Part shown: positions 18,999-28,095 of the stretch, piece after piece
Numbering within the stretch: position 1 is the stretch's first letter
Layout: each line of letters starts with the position of its first letter
Source of the DNA: Candidatus Latescibacterota bacterium
GTDB taxonomy: Bacteria; Latescibacterota; UBA2968; UBA8231
Length of the DNA stretch: 64,000 nucleotides
Assembly: GCA_965248265.1 (NCBI GenBank)
Contig: CBDFJF010000001.1
Coordinates: forward strand, 1,280,001 to 1,344,000
Reading direction: 5' to 3'
Translations under genes and position numbers: made by a program
The notes under the pieces: generated by a model
Database searches by the model: none
Seen by the model: only the letters and a program-made list of their open reading frames with translations
What the model was told of the DNA's origin: nothing

Positions 18999-19023
18999 GC
19001 GTCAGGATCAATGAAAGGAAAAC

Positions 19024-20022
19024 ATGGCATACCGTAGAATCGGCGTGATCGGATGTGGAGGAATCGGCGTGGAGCACGTCAAGGGCCTGGTGGGAATGGA
19101 CAGTGCTGAATTGGTGGCCTGTTGCGACCTCAATCAGGACGTCCTTTCCGCCTTCGGCGAACACTGGTCGGATACCTGGAAGGGCATCGCGCCATACACG
19201 GATTACCACACGATGTTGACCGAACAGAATCTCGATGTGGTGACGATCGCCACCCCGGACAATCGGCATGCTGACGTTGTCGTGGATGCGGCCAATGCCG
19301 GCATCAAGGCAATTTTCTGCGAGAAACCGCTCTGTACCAGCATGGAGGATGCCTACCGCATGCGGGATGCCGTCCAATCCAATGGGGTCGTCTTCTCGGT
19401 CGATCACACCCGGCGCTGGCAACCGCTGTGGACGCACATGAAGGAGCAGGTCATCAAGGGTGGTCAGATCGGCGAGGTACAGTATGTCGTCGGTACCCTG
19501 AGTGGCGGGCGCGCGGCGCTGTTTCGCAACGGCACCCACTTGATCGACGCCCTGTGTTACCTGGCGGACTCCGATCCTGCTTGGGTATTCGCGGAACTCG
19601 AAGAGGGGTTTGAGGACTACACCGAATACCGCGGCAACGGAGGACGCGATCCCACCCTGGAGCCCTCAGCCAGCGGCTACATCCACTTCCACAGCGGAGT
19701 CCGCGGCTTCTACACCGGCACCTCCAAGCAGACGGCTGGACCCAAGTGGCGTTTTGAGATCGTGGGCAGCGAGGGGCGAATCCTCGTGGGTAAAGAAGCG
19801 CGGCTGCTGCGCAGCGGAGAGGACGGGGAGACCATCGTCGCCCCGGAGACGGAGATGAGCGGCATACCAGCAGGGGTGCGCGAATTGATCCATGCCCTGG
19901 ACGAGGGGCGCCAAACCAAGTCGCCGATGCCCGCGGCCATGAACGTGATGGAAGTCATCTTCGGCTTCCTGGAGTCCCAGCGACGGGGCAATTCCCGCGT
20001 CGACCTGCCACTGGCCAGGTGA
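19024..20022 (+). CDS. Gfo/Idh/MocA family oxidoreductase
   Basis: GVIGCGGIG, IATPDNRH, CEKP and GTHLID motifs. Confidence 0.93.
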   Translation: MAYRRIGVIGCGGIGVEHVKGLVGMDSAELVACCDLNQDVLSAFGEHWSDTWKGIAPYTDYHTMLTEQNLDVVTIATPDNRHADVVVDAANAGIKAIFCEKPLCTSMEDAYRMRDAVQSNGVVFSVDHTRRWQPLWTHMKEQVIKGGQIGEVQYVVGTLSGGRAALFRNGTHLIDALCYLADSDPAWVFAELEEGFEDYTEYRGNGGRDPTLEPSASGYIHFHSGVRGFYTGTSKQTAGPKWRFEIVGSEGRILVGKEARLLRSGEDGETIVAPETEMSGIPAGVRELIHALDEGRQTKSPMPAAMNVMEVIFGFLESQRRGNSRVDLPLAR

Positions 20023-20028
20023 CCGGCG

Positions 20029-20808
20029 ATGAAAGTCAGCTACATCAGCGCGGAGATGTCGGACGATTTCGAACGAGCCGTGCGCCTCGGTGCCCAGGCG
20101 GGGTCGTCAACGGTGTCACTCCGCTCCAAGGTATTCGGCAAGGGCCTCGAGGATCTCACCGAAGACGAGGTGCTGCAAGCACGTCAGATCCTCGCGGACA
20201 ACAATATGTGTCCCGGCATGGTGTTGTCCCCGGTCGGCAAATGCGATATCGAAGATGATACCGCGATCTCGGCTCAAGGTGACATCCTCAAGCGCACGAT
20301 CGCTGTCGCCGACGGTCTGGGTACAAAAACGATCCGTGTCTTCCCTTTCCGTCCGCCCGATCCGGTCCCGTATGGCGATTCCAGGTTGCGTGAGTACGGC
20401 GACCGCATAGTCGAGTGCTGGACGCCGTGGCTGGACATGGCAGCCGAGGCCGGCATCGATTTGTGTTTCGAATGGGTCGGTACCACCCTGGCTCTGACCT
20501 GTGTTCAGATCCGCCAGGTCATCGACGCCCTCGGTTCGCCGGACCACATCGGCGTGATCTGGGAAATCGATGTCTCAGCCCAGGCGGGTGAATCGCCCGA
20601 CGTTGGCTATCCGCATATCCGCGATCTGATTCGCGACGTTCACATCAAGCGCTTCGGCGAGGGAGCCACGCGCGACGAGTACGCCACGGCGTTCAGGCTC
20701 CTACAGACGGGCGGCTACGAGGGCCCGTTGACGGTCGAGCATTGGGGTGGTGAGGAAGAGACTCTCGAGGGTGTCGCGGAAGTACAGGAACTGGTCGACG
20801 AATCGTAG
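20029..20808 (+). CDS. Sugar phosphate isomerase/epimerase (xylose isomerase-like TIM barrel)
   Basis: SPVGKC, IRVF, VHIK and GYEGPLTVEH motifs. Confidence 0.8.
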   Translation: MKVSYISAEMSDDFERAVRLGAQAGSSTVSLRSKVFGKGLEDLTEDEVLQARQILADNNMCPGMVLSPVGKCDIEDDTAISAQGDILKRTIAVADGLGTKTIRVFPFRPPDPVPYGDSRLREYGDRIVECWTPWLDMAAEAGIDLCFEWVGTTLALTCVQIRQVIDALGSPDHIGVIWEIDVSAQAGESPDVGYPHIRDLIRDVHIKRFGEGATRDEYATAFRLLQTGGYEGPLTVEHWGGEEETLEGVAEVQELVDES

Positions 20809-20811
20809 AAG

Positions 20812-21651
20812 CTATTCGGCTGCTGCCCTCGTTATTGCCGCGATCTTATCCGCGAACCTGATCTGGCTGTTGTCCTCGGGGGCATAACCGATGACACGGC
20901 GCGCGTTGGCAATGCTCCAGAAATTGTGGGTGTTGCCGCTGACCCCGTAGAAGATCTGGAACGGCACTCCGTTTTCGTCGGTGATGTCTTCCGTCTCGAT
21001 GCTCTTGACGGTCAATTGCACCTGGTCGCGTACGCTCAGGTAGGCCCCAAGTGCTCGGTGCATTCTCTTCAGGTTCTCAGGTCCGCACGAGTCGATATCG
21101 GTTTCGCGCGGACCGCCGATCCGCAGTTGCACATTCTCCAGCTTGCGACCGTCGCTCACCCCTCCCGTCGCGAAAGCAAAACCCAGAAGCTCGTACGCGG
21201 CCTTTGCCCAACCATAGAAATTGTCAGACAGCGGCTGCATTCCCGGGGTAACCCACTCCATCTTGTCCGCCCAGATCAAATGCTCGTAGTAGTCGGCGGC
21301 ATGGTTGGAGCTGACCACTACCGCCCGCCTCACGCCCTCTTCCACGCAGGTCCGGTAGACGTTGTGAGCCATGTTCACGTTGTCCATTTCCGCCCAGTAA
21401 GCGTCCTCGGGTTTGTCGGCAACCGTGAACCCACAGTGCACGACGGCATCCGCGCCGCGGAAATTCTCCCGGTAGACGTCACGGTCACGCTCCAACAAGT
21501 CGACGACGGTGACATCCTGCACCTCTGCGCCCTGGCGATCCGTGGTCTTGATATCCAGCAACGTCAGGTCGTAGCGTTCCCGCAGCGCCGGCAGTATTCT
21601 CCCGGCGACATAGCCGCAAGCGCCCGTGATCACCACCTTGCGTTTAGCCAC
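20812..21651 (-). CDS. NAD-dependent epimerase/dehydrogenase (uronate dehydrogenase-like)
   Basis: ITGACGYVAG, SSNHA, YGWAK, LRIG and IGYAPEDNS motifs. GTG start at 21651. Confidence 0.82.
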   Translation of the reverse strand: MAKRKVVITGACGYVAGRILPALRERYDLTLLDIKTTDRQGAEVQDVTVVDLLERDRDVYRENFRGADAVVHCGFTVADKPEDAYWAEMDNVNMAHNVYRTCVEEGVRRAVVVSSNHAADYYEHLIWADKMEWVTPGMQPLSDNFYGWAKAAYELLGFAFATGGVSDGRKLENVQLRIGGPRETDIDSCGPENLKRMHRALGAYLSVRDQVQLTVKSIETEDITDENGVPFQIFYGVSGNTHNFWSIANARRVIGYAPEDNSQIRFADKIAAITRAAAE

Positions 21652-21677
21652 TGATTCTCTCCCTTGCCGCGACACCC

Positions 21678-22520
21678 TCAACCTCGATCCACAAAACCGT
21701 AGGCCTTCTTCGCATTCTTCCACCAGTACTTCTCAGCCGCGTCCGCTCCCTTGGCTTCGAAATACGAGCGTACGACAGATATGACCGTCGCGTAGTCAGC
21801 GTACGCGTCGGACACCGGCCAGTTGCTTCCGTAGACGATCCGATCTTCGCCGAAGGCCTCCCAGATGGCGTCCAGGGTAGGCACGTAATAGCCGGGATCC
21901 GTCGGTGCGGGTTTCACCGCCGTCGTCTCGACGAGCCCTGAACCCTTCATGTAGACCTGGGTGAACTCGCCGGCCCGGTTCATGCACTCGACCCAATGCG
22001 GATCGGGCGGATTGCCGTCGACGGGGACCAGGGCGATGTGGTTGATGACGATCGACAGATCCGGCAACCGCTTCGCCAGCTCACACAGTCCGTCCCAGTT
22101 GTCCGTGTTCATCAGGACATCAAGCTGCAACCCCTTCTTCGCCAGCAATTCCATATCACTCATGAAACTACCGGCGTCGAGATCCTGGAAGGCGTCCCCC
22201 CCGACGCGGATTCCACGGAAGAGCGGGTTGGCGCTCAAGCGCTCGATATCGCCGCCGAACTCGGCCCGGTTGGGATTCACGTGGCCGACCAGACCGACGA
22301 TCCACGGATCATCTGCGGCGATATCCAGAATCCACTGATTGTCATCCAGCCAGGCGCTGGCCTCGACGACCACCGTCCCGGTCACCCCCTCCGAGCCAGA
22401 TAAATTCCTGTGGTGCTCCGGCAGCACGGTCCGGTAGAGCAGCTCGTTGTCCTCCGGTGGCCAGGGTACGCCCTGAGGACGGCTGGGGTCGTAGAAATGC
22501 GTATGCGTATCGATGATCAT
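21678..22520 (-). CDS. Amidohydrolase_2 family protein (L-fuconolactonase-like)
   Basis: IDTHTH, GIR, VINH and YGSNWPV motifs. Confidence 0.85.
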   Translation of the reverse strand: MIIDTHTHFYDPSRPQGVPWPPEDNELLYRTVLPEHHRNLSGSEGVTGTVVVEASAWLDDNQWILDIAADDPWIVGLVGHVNPNRAEFGGDIERLSANPLFRGIRVGGDAFQDLDAGSFMSDMELLAKKGLQLDVLMNTDNWDGLCELAKRLPDLSIVINHIALVPVDGNPPDPHWVECMNRAGEFTQVYMKGSGLVETTAVKPAPTDPGYYVPTLDAIWEAFGEDRIVYGSNWPVSDAYADYATVISVVRSYFEAKGADAAEKYWWKNAKKAYGFVDRG

Positions 22521-22553
22521 CGGCTCTCGCTCGTTTTGGGGTTTCTCTCTCTG

Positions 22554-22755
22554 TCACTCCTGATACCATTCCTGCCTCTTGAGCATCTCCTGCTGCTCGG
22601 CGGGCAGCGCATCGATTGTTGATTTCATCCGTCCACGCTGCGTCAATCTGACCGCCGGTATAGACGCCTGCTTTCAGCCGCTCGAAACCGAATGCATCCC
22701 GGAGTCGTGTCTGCTCCGAGGTCTCGACCACTTCCAGCGCCAGATGCTCGGGATC
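22554..22755 (-). pseudogene. Frameshifted C-terminal remnant, probably of an RraA/HMG-aldolase-like gene
   Basis: PEHLALEVVETSEQTRLRDAFGFERLKAGVYTGGQIDAAWTDEI continues in another frame as IDALPAEQQEMLKRQEWYQE*. This resembles C-termini I recall from long RraA-family proteins. Confidence 0.45.
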
Positions 22756-22870
22756 GTAGGGGTCGTCGTCATGAATCCGTGGTCCTCCTGTCATCAAGCG
22801 CACCATCACACATATATTCGCGCTTGCCGAAGCAGCCGTTCCCTTGCCTGTGAATCGCCGAGCAGACCTC

Positions 22871-24832
22871 ATGTCAACACGGCACGACACGGACGACCTG
22901 GTCACTATCAGAGCATCTGGTGTTTCAGCTCCCCCGGGCTGGGCGCTGATGCAACGTCAGCTCATGGACCTCAACGACGAGGGGGCTGAGCTGTTCTGCC
23001 AAACATACAACGAGCGGGCAGGTGGAATCTACTGGGCCGATTGCGTCGATGATTTCTATGAGCGCTACTACAACTGGGGCCTTCATTTTTCCCTGGGCGG
23101 TGATGAAAACGTCCTGTTCCGGGCACTCGAGGGGTGGAACGCCGTCACCCGCACCGGTGATGACAGCATCGTACACCGCCCCAAGCATCAGTGGTTCTAC
23201 CATGGGGACAAAGCCCGTCGCCGCTTCACGCAGCAAATCCACCGCGAGTACTTCAACAAGCAGTCAAAGTCGGGCGCCGGCTCCGCCGAATGGCACCACA
23301 TGGGTGAGGCCAACATGGCCTTCTACCACCTTGGACTCGCCGATCCGACTATTTCCGAAAACCTGCGGCGCGCCAAATCCTTCGCAGCCATGTTCATGGG
23401 AAGAGACCCGCTAGCTCCCAACTTCGACCCGCAGCTGGGGCAGTTCCGCTCCAACATCCAGAGCAGCGAAGGCCCGGTCCTCGACAACGACGTCGCTCGC
23501 ACGGTCTGGTGGCTTCAGGGCATCGCCTACGGCAAGCCGATGCGGGCCTACATCAACGGCCAGGGGGGACGTTCATCTCTGTGGCCGGCGATAAAGGATC
23601 TGCCGATTGACTGGTTCGAGGACGAGCAGCTGCGTGACCATGTCGTCAACACATTCGAAAAGGCCGTGCTGCAGGGAGATTCGCCTCAGAGTCTGGCGGC
23701 CACCGCTCTCATCACCAATGCCTATCTGTACACGGGTGAAGACGAGTACCGCCAATGGGTCCTCGACTATATCGAGATGTGGATGGGCAAGATTGAGCAG
23801 AACTCGGGAATAGTCCCCGACAACATCGGACCCAGCGGCAAGATCGGCGAGTACAAGGACGGCACCTGGTGGGGCGGCATCTACGGCTGGAATGGGCGCG
23901 GCTACACCAACATCTTCCACTCGCTGACGATCGGCGCCGAGTGCGCCCTGCTGCTGACCGGAGACTACGGGTACCTCGACCTGCTGCGATCCCAGGTCGA
24001 AATGCTGCTCGACAACGCGATCGTGACCGAAGACGGTACTCTGCTCGCCGCCAACAAGCATGGACCCGACGGTTGGTACGACCACGCACCACTCCGAGTA
24101 AAAGAAGCCGCCCACCTCTACCACGCCTCGCAAAGCGAACAGGACCACGCCCTGTTGCTCCGCCTGCGCGAGGGCGACCCCGGCACCGACTGGAGGATCC
24201 TCGAGGATGAGGGGGAGACGGGGCAGGATCGCAACGAGAAGGCACGCTTCATGTACTATGAGGGTGAAAACCCCTCCTGGCCGGAAGACCTCATGCGCGC
24301 CGAGGTGAAACGGACCCTCGAGAACCATCAGTTCATGCTTTCGGACGAGCGCACCCCCGAGCAAATCATCGCTCAGAACCGGGAAGCGGCTAATCCGGTG
24401 GCAACGAAAGGCCTGACGAACGTGGCTCTCGGCGCCCCCCAGGCGGTCTACAACGGAGGTCTGGTCCGTGCTACCGTCCGCTACTTCGACGCCGAGCGCC
24501 GCCGGCCCGGCCTGCCACTGGATGTTGCTGCCTTCGTCGATCGCATCGCCGATCGCGATGTTGGCGTGCACCTGGTGAACACGAGTGTCAAAGAGGAACA
24601 CACGGTAATTCTTCAGGCTGGTGCCTTCGGTGAGCACAACTTCAAGACGGCACGCGCGCGCGCTGACGAATCGCGCCACCAGGCCGATATCAATGGCAAG
24701 TACCTCGCCGTCGCCTTGCCGCCGAGCACCTCGATACAGATCGACGTTGCCATGGACCGCTTCGTCAATCAACCCAGCTACGCTTTTCCCTGGCACGCTG
24801 AGGGCATTCCCATACCCTTCCAAAACGATTGA
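22871..24832 (+). CDS. Conserved hypothetical protein, about 650 aa, probably with an alpha/alpha-barrel-like core
   Basis: Long ORF with DDFYE, EWHHMGE, PDNIG, WWGGIYGW, YNGGL, RPGLP and QAGAFGEH motifs. Function not recognised. Confidence 0.8.
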   Translation: MSTRHDTDDLVTIRASGVSAPPGWALMQRQLMDLNDEGAELFCQTYNERAGGIYWADCVDDFYERYYNWGLHFSLGGDENVLFRALEGWNAVTRTGDDSIVHRPKHQWFYHGDKARRRFTQQIHREYFNKQSKSGAGSAEWHHMGEANMAFYHLGLADPTISENLRRAKSFAAMFMGRDPLAPNFDPQLGQFRSNIQSSEGPVLDNDVARTVWWLQGIAYGKPMRAYINGQGGRSSLWPAIKDLPIDWFEDEQLRDHVVNTFEKAVLQGDSPQSLAATALITNAYLYTGEDEYRQWVLDYIEMWMGKIEQNSGIVPDNIGPSGKIGEYKDGTWWGGIYGWNGRGYTNIFHSLTIGAECALLLTGDYGYLDLLRSQVEMLLDNAIVTEDGTLLAANKHGPDGWYDHAPLRVKEAAHLYHASQSEQDHALLLRLREGDPGTDWRILEDEGETGQDRNEKARFMYYEGENPSWPEDLMRAEVKRTLENHQFMLSDERTPEQIIAQNREAANPVATKGLTNVALGAPQAVYNGGLVRATVRYFDAERRRPGLPLDVAAFVDRIADRDVGVHLVNTSVKEEHTVILQAGAFGEHNFKTARARADESRHQADINGKYLAVALPPSTSIQIDVAMDRFVNQPSYAFPWHAEGIPIPFQND

Positions 24833-24843
24833 TCAAGAAGAAT

Positions 24844-26262
24844 ATGCCGACCAAGTCAACTGACAAACCCAACATCCTGTATTTGGTTGCCGACCAGCAG
24901 AAGGCAAACGCGACAGCCCCCTACGGCAATCGCCTGATCGACTGCCCCTGCACGGAGCGTTTCGCGCGCGATGGGGTCGTCTTCGGCAACGCTCACGTGG
25001 TCAGCACCATCTGCACCCCTAGCCGGGCGTCCGTCATGACCGGCGTCCACCCCCTCGTGCACCAAGTCACCTGCTGGCAGAACAACGCCCCCTGGAACCT
25101 GCCGCAACTGGCCGAGTTGTTTGCTGCTGGAGGCTACTACACTGGTGTGGCCGGCCACTACGAACTCGGTCAAAACCTGGGCCGAGGATGGCACGAGCAA
25201 GCCGATCTGTTCGCGCGCGGTGGTGGTTTTGGCGAGGCCCTCGACCACAAGTACTCCCGCGGCCGCGCTGATTGTGGCTATTCCAGTGGCAGCATCGACA
25301 TCCACGCCAGCGAAGGACATTCAGCACTGCTGGGCAGCAAGGGCATTCAGATGATCGACAACGCGCAGGTTGCCGGTGCCCCCTTCTTCATTCACGTGTC
25401 GTTCAACGATCCGCACCCACCCTACTTCGCGCCACCACCCTTCGATACCCTCGTCGATCCTGAATCCGTGACGCTGCCGGACCCTGGTGGTGCTGGCCGG
25501 CCACAATGGCAGTCGCGCGCACGTGCCGAAGTCGGGTATGAAACGGCGTCTCCCGCTGAGCTACGACAGGCCCTGGCTGTCTACTACGGCATGATCGCTT
25601 ACGTCGACACCCAGATGGAACAAATATACCAGGCGCTGGAAGCCCGAGACCTGCTGGAGAGCACGTGGATCCTCTTCGCCGCCGACCACGGCGACTTCAT
25701 GGGCGAAAAGGGACTGTTCGAGAAGTGCGAGGTGCCGTACGGCTGTCTGACCCACGTGCCGCTCATCATCGTGCCACCGAGGGGGCAACCTCAACCGGGT
25801 CCCGACAGAGTTGACCACTTGGTGCAGAGCGTCGATTTCTTCCCGACCCTTCTCGGCTTGGCTGGTCTCGAAGTGGCCTCCTATACGCAGGGCAAAGACC
25901 TTCTTCCATGGTTGAGAGAGGGAGCCCGCGAACCGTTGCACGAATGCCTCTTCGCCCAGGTAGGCGATTACCAGGGGGATCTCAAGAACACGTTTCCCGG
26001 TGGCACCTTCGAATCAGGACGCCGGAAGGCCCTGGTCCAATCTGCCAGAACCACCGAGCATCTCTACATCCGTGATGACGAATGCGGTAATGAGGCCTAT
26101 GATCTGGGTGCGGATCCTTCCGAACTGCACAACGAGCTATCAGCCGGTGGCTCGGAACCGGTGTGGACCGATTCCATGCTAGGACGTGTGGATGATTGGG
26201 AGCAAAAGTGCCTGGAGCTGCGCGCGCAGCTGGGTGTGGTTCCAGGGGAACGGGGCTTTTAA
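24844..26262 (+). CDS. Cys-type sulfatase
   Basis: CTPSRASVMTG, PHPPY, ADHGD and YDLGADPSE motifs. Confidence 0.92.
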   Translation: MPTKSTDKPNILYLVADQQKANATAPYGNRLIDCPCTERFARDGVVFGNAHVVSTICTPSRASVMTGVHPLVHQVTCWQNNAPWNLPQLAELFAAGGYYTGVAGHYELGQNLGRGWHEQADLFARGGGFGEALDHKYSRGRADCGYSSGSIDIHASEGHSALLGSKGIQMIDNAQVAGAPFFIHVSFNDPHPPYFAPPPFDTLVDPESVTLPDPGGAGRPQWQSRARAEVGYETASPAELRQALAVYYGMIAYVDTQMEQIYQALEARDLLESTWILFAADHGDFMGEKGLFEKCEVPYGCLTHVPLIIVPPRGQPQPGPDRVDHLVQSVDFFPTLLGLAGLEVASYTQGKDLLPWLREGAREPLHECLFAQVGDYQGDLKNTFPGGTFESGRRKALVQSARTTEHLYIRDDECGNEAYDLGADPSELHNELSAGGSEPVWTDSMLGRVDDWEQKCLELRAQLGVVPGERGF

Positions 26263-26310
26263 CATTGCGCGGGTGCGCCGGTGACGAGGATCGTCGACTC
26301 AGTATCGTAA

Positions 26311-27036
26311 TCAACCGTGTGACAGGTACGGCGTGGGATCGGGCTCGACTTCGGCGAAGAGTGTGTCGACGAAGTCCGCGATACTGAAAAGACGGCAGTC
26401 GGAGGCCCCCACCAGCCCGCGTCGCATTCTACCCAATCCATCCCAGAAAGCACCGAGTGTTGGCCGGTCGAGATGGGAGAAAGGCACGTCAGAATCGAGT
26501 GCACGCTGTCGGCTCCAGACCATGGCCTCTACGACGTGACAATAGGTCGAAGACTCGTAGTCGACGCCGAGCATGAGCAGTTTACCCCCGCGCTGGTAGG
26601 CTCTGTACATGGGCGAGTGGGTCCCGTAGGTTCGCCCCCATGGCTCGAGATCCCAGGGCGAAACCAGTCCGTGCGAGCTGCGGTGGTCAGCGACGAAGAC
26701 GGCGGCGGCGGGACCGCGGGCGGCCACTGAATGGGAGTAGTGATCAGAGCGGACGGTGCCTGGCAGCTTGCGGAAATACTCCGTGATCCATCCGACCGTC
26801 GACCGTGTCGAGGAGATGTTCCAGTCGCGGCGCAAGGCCAGCGTGTTCCTCAAGTTGAACGAGGGCAAGAGGAGCAAGCCGCCGGGACCAACGGCAGCCT
26901 CGAGCGCTCGCACGACGGTCGCGACCCCTCCGTCGACCGCCCCAAGGCTCTTGAAGGATGAGTGGATGAACAGGAGGTCGCCCGGATGGATCCCGAGCCT
27001 CCTGAGATCGTTTTGCAGTCGTTCTTGCGTCCACAT
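26311..27036 (-). CDS. AAC(3) family N-acetyltransferase (YokD-like)
   Basis: LFIHSSFKSLG, RSDHYSHSVAARG and LMLGV...STYCHVVE motifs. Confidence 0.88.
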   Translation of the reverse strand: MWTQERLQNDLRRLGIHPGDLLFIHSSFKSLGAVDGGVATVVRALEAAVGPGGLLLLPSFNLRNTLALRRDWNISSTRSTVGWITEYFRKLPGTVRSDHYSHSVAARGPAAAVFVADHRSSHGLVSPWDLEPWGRTYGTHSPMYRAYQRGGKLLMLGVDYESSTYCHVVEAMVWSRQRALDSDVPFSHLDRPTLGAFWDGLGRMRRGLVGASDCRLFSIADFVDTLFAEVEPDPTPYLSHG

Positions 27037-27052
27037 GTGGGTTACCGGAGCC

Positions 27053-28087
27053 TCAATTTCTCTGACCCGATGCGAAGCGGGGCATCACCGACCTGGCAAA
27101 CAGATCCAGCCCATCCGTTTCTGGGGCATCCGTGAACCACAGAATGAAATGACTGATGCCCAGTTCGACATAGCGCGACAATTGTTGAGTGACCTCGTCG
27201 GGCGTACCGATCAACCAGGTCGATGCGATCGACTCGGGTAGCTCATCGGTTGAGCCGCTCAGATAAGAGCTCAAATCCGGGTCAGGGCTCTGGCTTGGGT
27301 CTATATTCGCCATTGCCCTCAGTTGCTCCCTGACGTTGTCCGGGCTCTCCACTACAAGAATCTGGATCTCGAGACTGCGCTCGATCTCGTCGACATCGCG
27401 GCCCACCTGCTCACAGGCCGCAGCCAACAGAGCCAGACTTTGTTGCAGCGACTCACTGTCCGTCGGTACGCTGTTCCAGCCCTGACCGTAACGCGCACAG
27501 GCTGCCAGGATATGCGGATGCGCCTCGCCAAACCATACGGGCGGATGGGGGCGTTGCACCGGCCGAGGATGACACACCGCCTCTTTTGTCTGGTAGCGGG
27601 GCCCGTTGAAGGTGACCGGTGATTCACTCTGCCACAGGGCCAGAGTCAACTCCAGGCCCTCGACCGTGGCCGCAATCCGCTCTTCAGCTGTATCCGGATA
27701 GGGCAGCCCATAGGCATAGTGTTCGGCCTCACCGAAGGCGGGATCGGCGAAAAAGATGAACCGTCCCCCCGATATTTGGTCCAGGGTAGCGCCCATCTTG
27801 GCCGCCAATGCCGGATGGCGGAAAAAGTGTGCTTGGTGCAGCAGTCCCAGCCGCGCTTGTTGGGTGGAACCGGCCAGGGCAGCCAGGGTTGTCCATCCTT
27901 CCAGAACCGCGTCATCGCGGCCAAGTATCAAGTGATCTGCCACCCACAGTGAGTGGTATCCCAGCTGGTCTGCCCGCCGAGCCAGTTCCAGCGTGTCAGC
28001 AGTCGACAGCTCCGGGTAGTTGGGGGTCCGAAACAGTCGAGGGCCGGGCATGGCGAAAATTGGGACACTGTAACCGAATTGGATCAT
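27053..28087 (-). CDS. LLM class flavin-dependent oxidoreductase
   Basis: LWVADH, LAALAGST, FRHPALAAKMGATLDQISGGR and PVQRPHPP motifs. ATG at 28087. Confidence 0.9.
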   Translation of the reverse strand: MIQFGYSVPIFAMPGPRLFRTPNYPELSTADTLELARRADQLGYHSLWVADHLILGRDDAVLEGWTTLAALAGSTQQARLGLLHQAHFFRHPALAAKMGATLDQISGGRFIFFADPAFGEAEHYAYGLPYPDTAEERIAATVEGLELTLALWQSESPVTFNGPRYQTKEAVCHPRPVQRPHPPVWFGEAHPHILAACARYGQGWNSVPTDSESLQQSLALLAAACEQVGRDVDEIERSLEIQILVVESPDNVREQLRAMANIDPSQSPDPDLSSYLSGSTDELPESIASTWLIGTPDEVTQQLSRYVELGISHFILWFTDAPETDGLDLFARSVMPRFASGQRN

Positions 28088-28095
28088 GTGGCGAA

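Noticed and set aside
22554-22772. Alternative minus frame MTTTPT...SSG-TGA-KQAS...WYQE as a second selenoprotein
   Set aside because: There is no redox motif or clear SECIS, and the N-terminal half is not protein-like. A frameshifted relic explains it better.
22342-22905. 187-aa minus-strand ORF as an intact gene
   Set aside because: It overlaps two real genes. Only the middle is protein-like, and I treat that part as a pseudogene relic.
26259-26310. Minus-strand STILVTGA resembling a Rossmann-fold start (possible remnant)
   Set aside because: It is too short to distinguish from chance and has no start codon.
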